Shown here: one piece after another, positions 1 to 7,523 of the stretch | How the letters are laid out: every line of letters starts with the position of its first letter | Numbering within the stretch: position 1 is the stretch's first letter | Source: Candidatus Moanibacter sp. | GTDB lineage: Bacteria; Verrucomicrobiota; Verrucomicrobiia; Opitutales; UBA2987 | Length of the DNA stretch: 10,510 nucleotides | Assembly (NCBI GenBank): GCA_965215885.1 | Contig: CBDCEW010000029.1 | Span: 1 to 10,510, forward strand | Reading direction: 5' to 3' | The notes under the pieces: generated by a model | What the model saw: the letters and a program-made list of their open reading frames with translations, nothing else | What the model was told of the DNA's origin: nothing | Databases searched by the model: none | Position numbers and translations under genes: made by a program

Positions 1-1
1 G

Positions 2-1039
2 ATTGAAAAAGGGCTCCCTGGAGTGGGGCTTTTGGTGCACATATTACTGAGCAAATACGTCGATCACCTGCCGTTGTATCGGCAGGAGAAGATTTTCCGG
101 GAACGCTACGGAGTAAGGGTGGCGCGCCAGAGCATGCTCGATTGGATCCACCAGGTAGCGCAATGGCTAAAACCCATCTACAACTACATGTGCTTACAAT
201 TGTTCGAGGGCGGTTACATCCAGGCGGACGAAACGCCCATCCGCTACCTGGATCCGGACGCAGGCAAGAAAGAGGGCTGCAGGAAAGGATACCTGGGGGT
301 CTACGGGCGACCCGGCGGCGAGGTGCTCTACGACTGGCACACAGGCCGTGGGGTAAAATGTCTCGAGCAGTTCCTCAACGGATACGAAGGGTTGCTCCAA
401 ACCGACGGTTACGCAGCCTATGGCAGTTTCGCCCGGGAGCATAACGGGATTACCCTGTTTGGGTGCTGGGCACACCTGCGACGCAAATTTGTGGAGGCGA
501 TGGATGAGAATCCGAAGCTGGCCGGCTGGGTGGTGCGGCAGATCCACAATCTCTACAGAGACGAGCGCCCTCTGCGCGAACAGCGGGCCGGTCCCGCCTT
601 GCGCGAAGCCTACCGGAAAAGCCATGGTCGGATGATCGTGGAACGCTTGGGCAAAGCCTTGCCTATACTCAAACGGCGGGCCTTGCCGCGGAGCAAAATG
701 GGTGAAGCCGTTGAGTATGCTCTGAACCAGTGGGAATCACTCAAGCGCTACCTCGAGCATGGCAAGGTTGAAATCGACAATAACCTCATTGAGAATGCTA
801 TCCGGCCGACCGCCCTGGGAAAGAAAAACTGGATGTTCATCGGCCACCCCAAGGCCGGTTGGAGAAGCGCCGTAATTTACTCGATCATTGAGAGTTGCCG
901 GCGGCACGCAATTGAACCATCCGCTTACCTCACTGACGTCCTCAAAAGATTGCCGGACATGAACATCACCGAGATCGCCGAACTCGCTCCGGCGAATTGG
1001 AAGCCGACCCGAACAGGCGAACCGCTCGCAGCCTCTTGA
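2..1039 (+). CDS. tnpC: IS66 family transposase TnpC (5' truncated by window edge)
   Basis: Frame is open from base 2 (IEKGLPGVGLL). Motifs KYVDHLPLYRQ, ADETP, LQTDGYAAY, GCWAHLRRKF, IDNNLIENAIRP, LGKKNWMF and YLTDVL are IS66 DDE transposase hallmarks. No internal stops. Confidence 0.97.
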   Translation: MEKGLPGVGLLVHILLSKYVDHLPLYRQEKIFRERYGVRVARQSMLDWIHQVAQWLKPIYNYMCLQLFEGGYIQADETPIRYLDPDAGKKEGCRKGYLGVYGRPGGEVLYDWHTGRGVKCLEQFLNGYEGLLQTDGYAAYGSFAREHNGITLFGCWAHLRRKFVEAMDENPKLAGWVVRQIHNLYRDERPLREQRAGPALREAYRKSHGRMIVERLGKALPILKRRALPRSKMGEAVEYALNQWESLKRYLEHGKVEIDNNLIENAIRPTALGKKNWMFIGHPKAGWRSAVIYSIIESCRRHAIEPSAYLTDVLKRLPDMNITEIAELAPANWKPTRTGEPLAAS

Positions 1040-1086
1040 ACCCGGACACTGCCAGGATCCTCGCGCATGCCGCGATCCATAGGGCA

Positions 1087-1103
1087 GTTCACCGGTCGTT
1101 TAC
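1087..1103 (-). repeat. IS66 right terminal inverted repeat
   Basis: Minus strand reads GTAAACGACCGGTGAAC and lies just after the tnpC stop. The left-end partner is not in the window. Confidence 0.78.
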
Positions 1104-1290
1104 GGTGCAAGCCCTTCACTGTGACTTTACGGGAAAGTTTCTGGAGATTCTTCATGCCGCGGAAAATCGCGATATCGCACATCTTTCAGACCTCATCGCG
1201 AACCGGCTGATCCCTCTCTTGAGGCGAGCACTGAATGTCATTTCGGGGACGGTGTGTAAGGTATTGGAAGCTAAGCACTCGAATCCCTGA
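1104..1290 (+). pseudogene. 3' remnant (about 61 codons) of an IS66-interrupted gene resembling small helical proteins found next to maf genes in flagellin-glycosylation loci
   Basis: Frame after the IS end reads VQALHCDFTGKFLEILHAAENRDIAHLSDLIANRLIPLLRRALNVISGTVCKVLEAKHSNP*. The segment EILxAxExxDxxxLxDLIxxxLxPLL resembles, from memory, the C-terminal motif of such proteins. The stop lies 5 nt before the maf ATG. Confidence 0.6.
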
Positions 1291-1295
1291 ATACG

Positions 1296-3146
1296 ATGAA
1301 CCTTCAACGCGAAAATCGCGAAATCCTTGAGCGTCGATTTCCGAAAGTCCTGCGCCGAATTGAAGAATCGGGGAGATCCTCCACTGGTTTTTGTTCAGCG
1401 GACGAGGGACAGCCTCTCACGCTCACTTTCGGGGTAGGTAATAGTTCCGTTTCTGTCTACGGGCGCGATAATCCTTCAAGCTTGGTGGGAAGGTGGCTGA
1501 AGGGGCTTTCTCTCGGATCGGAGACGCTCTATGCGGTTACCGGTTTTGGCCTCGGCCTTCACCTCGAATCGCTCCTTCGAGAATTGGATGAGGGTTCCTT
1601 TGTGTTTGTCGGCGAAAAGGATCCTTTTCTTCTTGGTGAGGTGCTTTCGAAACGCGACTGCTCGGAGATACTGAACGATAGCCGACTGTTCCTCGGCGTA
1701 GGTGAGCTCGACGATGCCTTCTTTCGACCCCTTAACGATGTCCCATTTCCCAGGATTCGAGATGTTCAGCCGCTGGTTTTCTCTCCTCTGTTCTCCCTCG
1801 CCGAAGACTACTATGCTCGGTTTCTGACCGAATTTGCGCGAACTTTCGAATTTTGGATGCGATTGTTTGGGACGAACCTGTCGGATGGGGGTCTTCTGCA
1901 GGAGAATTCGCTGACTAATCTGCCTCGATTGCTCGGTGCGCCGGATGTCGGAGTGCTTAAGAACGCTTTCTCAGATCTACCCCTCATCCTGGTCGGCGCC
2001 GGGCCTTCCCTGGACGAAGCGGGAGATTTCCTCCGAGAGGCTCGGAAAAAGGCCCTCGTAATCTGCGTCAATACTGCCTATCGGCGGCTGATTAGGATTG
2101 GGGTGGAGCCCCACTTGACAGTGGCGGCCGACCCCCGTTCCGATACCTCCAAAGGATACGCTACTGTGAGCGTCGATAAGACTCATTTGGTCTGTCCCTA
2201 TTATGTCTATCCCGGCGTAGTAAAGAGATTCGGAGACCGAATACTCACGTGGACCGGCAATAATCCGCTCCTTCGTCTCGGTCAGGAGAGGCTTGGACAT
2301 GAACAGGGAACGAGTCTCCTCGAGCAGGGCACTGTGTCTGCCAGCGTGATCGATCTTGGACGGCTGTGGGGCTGTCGAAGGATATGTCTCGTTGGGCAGG
2401 ATATGGCGCTGGGTGCGGACGGACAGACGCATACGATCGATTCCTTTTATTCTGACGAAAATCGCATCGTAGCCAACCTCGAGGAATGCCGGATGCTGCC
2501 TGGCAACACGCTGGAAACCGTTCCCGTGGATGAGAACCTCATCATTTACCTGAGAACGTTCGAGCAGCTGTTGGAGGAGAATCCCGATCTGGAAGTCATC
2601 AATACGGCACGCCAGGGCGCAAAAATCAAAGGGGTCGCCTACACAACTTTCGACGATGCCTTGAAATGGCTTGGAGATACTTCGAGTGCGGATGTTGAAG
2701 CAGTGATCGAGAAGGAAGCTTTCAGCTGCTTTGATTCATCCGGTGAGATCGGGGGAACGATGAGAAAGGGGTTTGAACCGACTTGCACTTTTGCCCGCAG
2801 AGTCTTTGAACTATGTTTCGAGGCGGCCCTGTATTGCGAGTGTCTGCCCTCGAAGTTTGAAAAACGGTGCTTTCAGCACCATCCTCATTTGTTGGTCGTC
2901 GACGAATATGCCGAGAGAGTAAACACCCTTCTGGATCGGCATGAGCAGGACTATAAGGTTCTCTATGATGGGAGAACTAAAGCCGAATTGTTCCGTTATC
3001 TTGAAGCGATCCGTTCAATTGCCAGCCATTCGGAGAGTTGGGAGCGGGCTCTGCAAAATAAGGAATACTTCTGGGCGTTGTCCGAAGGCGCCTACTTTCT
3101 GTTTCGCCGATTGGATCGTTTGCTGTCGAACTCTTGCCCGAGCTAG
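1296..3146 (+). CDS. Motility-associated factor (Maf)/DUF115 (MptE-like domain) glycosyltransferase family protein
   Basis: 616 aa. N-terminal NxxxLxxRFP and GFGLGLHL...VGEKD methyltransferase-like fold, then DUF115 core motifs LILVGAGPSLD, GVEPHLTVAADP, GTVSASVIDL..WGCRRICLVGQDMA and VINTARQGAKIKG. Confidence 0.9.
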   Translation: MNLQRENREILERRFPKVLRRIEESGRSSTGFCSADEGQPLTLTFGVGNSSVSVYGRDNPSSLVGRWLKGLSLGSETLYAVTGFGLGLHLESLLRELDEGSFVFVGEKDPFLLGEVLSKRDCSEILNDSRLFLGVGELDDAFFRPLNDVPFPRIRDVQPLVFSPLFSLAEDYYARFLTEFARTFEFWMRLFGTNLSDGGLLQENSLTNLPRLLGAPDVGVLKNAFSDLPLILVGAGPSLDEAGDFLREARKKALVICVNTAYRRLIRIGVEPHLTVAADPRSDTSKGYATVSVDKTHLVCPYYVYPGVVKRFGDRILTWTGNNPLLRLGQERLGHEQGTSLLEQGTVSASVIDLGRLWGCRRICLVGQDMALGADGQTHTIDSFYSDENRIVANLEECRMLPGNTLETVPVDENLIIYLRTFEQLLEENPDLEVINTARQGAKIKGVAYTTFDDALKWLGDTSSADVEAVIEKEAFSCFDSSGEIGGTMRKGFEPTCTFARRVFELCFEAALYCECLPSKFEKRCFQHHPHLLVVDEYAERVNTLLDRHEQDYKVLYDGRTKAELFRYLEAIRSIASHSESWERALQNKEYFWALSEGAYFLFRRLDRLLSNSCPS

Positions 3147-3397
3147 CTATCTTTCCTTCGCCGAAACAGGCCCTTCAGGCCTTGCCAGGGGAAAGTAATC
3201 ACAAAAAAGAAAAGAAAAATCAGCGAGCCGAGGAATATCTCCCAGTAAAAGTTCGAAAACTTGAGGTAGTAGTCCGTAAAAACGTAGATAATCGTAGCGA
3301 AGATCGCAAAGAAGATGAGGGATAGTAGCAGTCCCACCCACTGATTTTCCCGGGTATTGGGATCAGCCCTTGATTCTTGATTTTCTTTTGAGTCCAT
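3143..3397 (-). CDS. Small hypothetical membrane protein (2 predicted TM helices)
   Basis: 84 aa, ATG start, two strongly hydrophobic segments and a basic C-terminal tail (RRRK). Its stop overlaps the maf stop in CTAG at 3143-3146. Confidence 0.65.
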   Translation of the reverse strand: MDSKENQESRADPNTRENQWVGLLLSLIFFAIFATIIYVFTDYYLKFSNFYWEIFLGSLIFLFFFVITFPWQGLKGLFRRRKDS

Positions 3398-3737
3398 GGG
3401 CCTTACTGGGAAGCAATCTTAGTGAGGAGGCCTTTTTGCCGAGCGATAGCGAATGTGCAGGCGAAAATGCCGAAGGTGAGCACCGCATCGTTCATAAACA
3501 CACATTGTTCGAACCCGCTCCTACGGTGCAATCGGAAAAGGATACGATACCTACCTGTCTAACCTCACCGGCAAGTTCCATTAGGAAATCGCGCAGTGGT
3601 AATCGCATATTGTAGCTGTATACCGTGCGCCACCCCGGCACCCGTCTTCGCGCGTGGCTAAAACCAGCAGCCGTGGATACAGTCCTTCGCCGAGGCAAGG
3701 CAAGAACGGGGCAGCCTCAGAAACGCTAAACAGATAC

Positions 3738-4463
3738 TTAATTCGTCGTCGATTTTGCCTTTATGAGATTTCTTCGAATTTCGGAAAGACCGGAAGTCGG
3801 CTCGCCCACCATCTCGCCGTCGCCGTTGAAGATGCGTACATTCGGTATGGAGCGTATGTTGTATTGTTTGCAGACGGGAGTACCCCAGGTGACGATGTCG
3901 ATTTTGCGTAGGAAAATATCCGGGTGGCGCGCAGCAATCTGCTCGAGATGGGGGCTCAACGCTTTGCAGGGGCCGCACCAATCCGCGTAGAAATCGATGA
4001 TCGTGATTTGGCCCGGTATGGCGACACGATAGAGATCGATAATCCTGCCGTCGTCCCGGATGTCTTTGATCGGGGGCATAGTGGCCGCGACGCGGTTATT
4101 CCGAAGCCTGCGTTGGCTTAGTATTTCCCCTTGTTTTTCTTCCGGAGTCACCCACAGACCTTTATGGAATACGAGGCCCTTTGCCTTCTGTTGATTTACA
4201 AATGCGGCGTGTTCCTCCTCACGTGCCACATTTTGCTTAAACTGCGGGTCGATATAGACTACCCTTCCGTTTTCAATTTTCACCACACCGCCTCTGTAGC
4301 TGAGGATGCGTTTCTGCCCCATCTTCATTTCACCGGAGGGTTGACCGAGTTCGGCAATGACTTGCTCGTAAGAGGAGCCTACTGCAATCTCGGAACTGAC
4401 CGTGTTCGCCAGTGGCAATCCGCCGATACACAAGAGGAGGCACAATGATCTAGGCAGTCTCAT
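3738..4463 (-). CDS. Exported thioredoxin-family protein with N-terminal extension
   Basis: 241 aa. Signal-peptide-like N-terminus, GSSYEQVIAELGQP segment, and C-terminal Trx domain with IIDFYADWCGPC and the cis-Pro loop IRSIP. Confidence 0.9.
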   Translation of the reverse strand: MRLPRSLCLLLCIGGLPLANTVSSEIAVGSSYEQVIAELGQPSGEMKMGQKRILSYRGGVVKIENGRVVYIDPQFKQNVAREEEHAAFVNQQKAKGLVFHKGLWVTPEEKQGEILSQRRLRNNRVAATMPPIKDIRDDGRIIDLYRVAIPGQITIIDFYADWCGPCKALSPHLEQIAARHPDIFLRKIDIVTWGTPVCKQYNIRSIPNVRIFNGDGEMVGEPTSGLSEIRRNLIKAKSTTN

Positions 4464-4551
4464 CGGTCGTATGCTCTATAGATCGATCTTGCGGAACGAA
4501 GAATAAGAAGAACTAAGAATCACGCCCTCTATTTTGAAAGGATAAGAGGAC

Positions 4552-4580
4552 TTGCGCGATATTAATCCAGCACCAATAAT
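4552..4580 (+). promoter_or_regulatory. Possible sigma70-type promoter for the oxidoreductase
   Basis: TTGCGC (4552-4557), 17-nt spacer, AATAAT (4575-4580), in the AT-rich divergent intergenic region about 50 nt upstream of ATG 4633. Confidence 0.35.
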
Positions 4581-4632
4581 CTGAACTTGATAATGCCCGT
4601 CTCGGCATGCCCGGGGGGGAGTTTTCATTTGA

Positions 4633-5799
4633 ATGGAGTTAGCAAATAAAGTCCATTTGCTCATTATCGGTGCGGGCCCATTCGGGCTGGCCATGGCGGC
4701 CTATGCTCGCCATCTGGAAATCGATCACGTCGTGGTCGGGAAGCCGATGAATTTCTGGAAGCGAAACATGCCGAAAGGGATGTTTCTGCGTTCACCGTGC
4801 AGTTGGCATCTCGATCCACTGGGCGTCCACACCATTGACGCGTATTTGGAGACGCAATACCTTGAACCAGCCGTCGTCGAGCCGCTCAGCATGGACTGCT
4901 ACTTGAAGTATGCTGAATGGTTTCGAAAGGAGAAAGAGATTGAGCCCTCTTCTGCTGTGGTGCAGCGACTCGACGGTGGGGTAGGGTCGCGCCGGCCATT
5001 CAGAGCGACCCTTGAAGGTGGCGAGATCATTGAGGCCGATAGCGTTGTGCTCGCACTCGGCTTTAAGCACTTTAAGCACATTCCACCCGAACTCTCTGCA
5101 ATCCTTCCGGACGGGCGCTTCAGCCATACTTGCGATTTTGTGGAATTCGATTCACTCAAGGGGAAGCGGTGCCTGGTCGTTGGGGGACGACAGAGCGCTT
5201 TTGAATGGGCCGCGCTTCTTCGTGAGCACGGGGCCAACGCGGTCCATGTTTCACTTCGCCATAAAACCCCGAATTTTGAGGAATCCGATTGGTCATGGGT
5301 GGCTCCCCTCTTGGATGCGATGGTTGACGATCCTGGCTGGTATCGGCAGTTGGCACCTCTGGAAAAGAAAGAGGTAGACTTGCGCTTTTGGGCGGAAGGG
5401 CGTCTCAAGCTCGAACCGTGGCTGTGGCCGAGGATTGATCAGGACGGTGTTGATGTCTGGCCTGAGACTGAGATCAAATTGTGCGAGGAAAGGGAGTCGG
5501 GAGAACTCACGATCTCGCTGAGCAACGGGAAGGAACTGTGCATCGACTACGTTATCCTCGCTACCGGGTATAAACCGAGTGTGGCGAACGTGCCTTTCTT
5601 GGCCGCGGGTAACTTGCTCTCGTCGATGAAGGTTGAAGACGGGTTCCCGGTCTTGGATAAGAGATTTCAATGCAGTGTCCCTGGGCTCTACTTTACCAGC
5701 ATGTTGGCCACCCGCGACTTTGGTTCTTTCTTCGCCTTTACGGTGAGCGTGGGCGCCTCCGCAAAGATCATCGGTGCCAGTCTTGTGGGCAGTCGTTGA
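4633..5799 (+). CDS. FAD/NAD(P)-dependent oxidoreductase (two-dinucleotide-binding; class B flavin monooxygenase/Pyr_redox-like)
   Basis: 388 aa. FAD motif LIIGAGPFG, PMNFW..MPKGMFLRS, second Rossmann motif VVGGRQSAFE, DYVILATGY and SVPGLYF. Substrate cannot be inferred. Confidence 0.9.
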   Translation: MELANKVHLLIIGAGPFGLAMAAYARHLEIDHVVVGKPMNFWKRNMPKGMFLRSPCSWHLDPLGVHTIDAYLETQYLEPAVVEPLSMDCYLKYAEWFRKEKEIEPSSAVVQRLDGGVGSRRPFRATLEGGEIIEADSVVLALGFKHFKHIPPELSAILPDGRFSHTCDFVEFDSLKGKRCLVVGGRQSAFEWAALLREHGANAVHVSLRHKTPNFEESDWSWVAPLLDAMVDDPGWYRQLAPLEKKEVDLRFWAEGRLKLEPWLWPRIDQDGVDVWPETEIKLCEERESGELTISLSNGKELCIDYVILATGYKPSVANVPFLAAGNLLSSMKVEDGFPVLDKRFQCSVPGLYFTSMLATRDFGSFFAFTVSVGASAKIIGASLVGSR

Positions 5800-5938
5800 T
5801 TTTCTGATTTCTGTGATAATCCCCCGACTTCTTGCCAGCCTATGTCAAAAGAGCAGAACCCCGGCTTGTACGTGTTTAGCGTGCCTTTGAATGCTGGACC
5901 GTCTCTTGAGCCGCGTTCGCAAGAACTTGGTGGTGGTG

Positions 5939-6120
5939 CTAGCCCGAACATTTCACAAACCATCTGCTGCGACCACGGATGTCACTGCGCCTCAAGGCCT
6001 TCTCTTGTCCGGCGACCTCAGAGAGTCCCAACACACTGTCGCCCGCCGGACTGCGAAAAGACCTTGATCCGCAGCAACCTACGCCGTCTCACTACGATGT
6101 GTGTGAAATGTCCGGGCTAG
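5939..6120. mobile_element. 182-bp MITE-like/long palindromic element bounded by CTAG
   Basis: Terminal inverted repeats CTAGCCCGAACATTTCACA (5939-5957) and TGTGAAATGTCCGGGCTAG (6102-6120), 18/19 match, plus nested internal inverted repeats. No credible coding capacity. It lies between convergent genes. Confidence 0.8.
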
Positions 6121-6130
6121 TTCAGCAAAA

Positions 6131-6547
6131 TCAAGAATTGTTCCCTGCTCCTGATCCCCTTGGCTGCCTTTGCTCATTCTGTCGTGATTTGTATAGGCGT
6201 CGAGTGAGCAGCCCATAAATGATCAGATTGATCCCGGCGACGGCAAGACCCAGATATACCTGTTGCTCGCGGGTGAGGCCCGTCGGGTAGAGGACTGGGA
6301 GCAGGTACTCCTCGACGAATCCCCGGTCCAAGGTGGATTTCCCTGCCGCCGTCCGCAGTCGATTCTCCAAGTGTGTCAACGGGCAGATCCAGCCGTAGAA
6401 TTCGATGAGAGTGGCCCAGATAAATGCGGGAAGATGGGCCCAGACGAGCCAACGCCATTTTAAAACCAGAAGGCCGCCAAATAACGCGAAAAGGATAAAA
6501 CCAAGGTGAATAATCACCACGGTGTCAGCGAGCAAGTCATATGGCAT
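6131..6547 (-). CDS. DUF2784 family membrane protein
   Basis: 138 aa. LADxVVxxHLxFILF, HLPA..W, WICPLTxLENRLR, GFVEEYLxPVLYPxGLT. Its start overlaps the upstream gene's end by 11 nt. Confidence 0.9.
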   Translation of the reverse strand: MPYDLLADTVVIIHLGFILFALFGGLLVLKWRWLVWAHLPAFIWATLIEFYGWICPLTHLENRLRTAAGKSTLDRGFVEEYLLPVLYPTGLTREQQVYLGLAVAGINLIIYGLLTRRLYKSRQNEQRQPRGSGAGNNS

Positions 6548-7235
6548 CGGTTATGCCGGTTGCCTCCAGATCTTCGGGATACGTGATCTTAAAATTCTGT
6601 TCGCTGCCCGCCACAAGCCGGACGGGATAACCCGCCCGTTTTACGAGAGGCAACAGGGATTTGTCGAACCACCCCTCCTTGTTCGCCTCCAGGAGTGTTT
6701 TCCGAAGAATAGCGCTCCTGAAGGCCTGGGGGCACTGAATACCTCCGATAGCCTTCGGGCCGATCGAATCTCCAAGGAAATCGCCGTCTCGCTCGGCGAG
6801 CGTATCGCGGATTCTCATGTCGAGAAAACAGGCGGCAGCCCCTGAACTTACGACGGCATTGACGACTGCCTCAAATAGCCGATCCGGAGCGAAGGGTCTC
6901 GCCACTTCGTGAATCAATACGAGCTTCCCTTTAGCGCAGGCAAGTAATTTGCCAACGGTCTCCTGCCGCGTGTTTCCACCTTCTTTCAGCGAAACTTGAA
7001 GGCTGATGGAAAGGAAGCCTGTGATCGCGGATGCGGAATCCATCTCCTCTGGAGGAACGCCGATCAGGAGTTCGTCGCAGTAGGGTTCCATTTTGTTGAT
7101 CGTGATCTCGAGTAATGTTCTGCCCTGATGCTTTAATCGGCTCTTGGAAACTACTCCCAATCGTTCTCCGCGTCCTCCCGCCAGTAGCAATCCCGATACG
7201 TTTATGGGGCCTTTCATAAGTGATTTAGGTCCCAA
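6537..7235 (-). CDS. IspD/TarI-family cytidylyltransferase (divergent)
   Basis: LLAGGRGERLG..K, GGNTRQETV, VLIHEVARPF, QCPQAF, NFKITYPEDL. The start may be the in-frame ATG at 7217 rather than TTG 7235. Symbol withheld because several canonical IspD residues differ. Confidence 0.85.
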   Translation of the reverse strand: MGPKSLMKGPINVSGLLLAGGRGERLGVVSKSRLKHQGRTLLEITINKMEPYCDELLIGVPPEEMDSASAITGFLSISLQVSLKEGGNTRQETVGKLLACAKGKLVLIHEVARPFAPDRLFEAVVNAVVSSGAAACFLDMRIRDTLAERDGDFLGDSIGPKAIGGIQCPQAFRSAILRKTLLEANKEGWFDKSLLPLVKRAGYPVRLVAGSEQNFKITYPEDLEATGITDAI

Positions 7236-7523
7236 ACTTCATCGTAAACTTCGTCGTACTACAACCCCTCCAAATCTTGTGTTTTTAGCAAGTTTTTCTC
7301 CACGGATACACATAAGGTATTGGTTCTGAATACGATAGAAAATCGAGGAACGCTAAGAGAGAGAACCACGGATAATCCGGAACGATCAGACTATCTATCA
7401 CTTCTTCTGTCCGATTGTCGAACATTGAACAAAACGACCTGTCCTCCGTAGTCAGGAGTGGAGCGGGAACGAGGGAGGAGGGTCATTATTTCGACCCTGA
7501 ACGCTGAACTCTTTGTCTACACC

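Larger units (their letters stand above)
1..1103 (+). mobile_element. IS66-family insertion sequence, right-hand part (left end outside window)
   Basis: TnpC-type transposase ORF followed about 50 bp later by GTTCACCGGTCGTTTAC (1087-1103). Its reverse complement GTAAACGACCGGTGAAC begins with the GTAA typical of IS66 termini. Confidence 0.88.

Noticed and set aside
997..1290. 97-aa ORF taken as a complete gene
   Set aside because: Its first third lies inside the IS66 end with a TTG start. Only the part after 1103 looks like host protein, so it is reported as a remnant.
5061..5079. Tandem 9-mer CTTTAAGCA x2 (FKHFKH) in the oxidoreductase
   Set aside because: In-frame and only two copies, at a position where a GFxxFxxxP segment is unremarkable. 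No evidence of phase variation.
5688..6218. ORFs 5842-6120, 5979-6218 and 5688-5963
   Set aside because: These are translations across the palindromic element (CEMSGL/CEMFGL come from the TIRs) and have no protein-like features.
7479..7498. AGGGTC-N8-GACCCT hairpin after the permease stop
   Set aside because: 6-bp stem with no U-tract on either strand, too weak to call a terminator.
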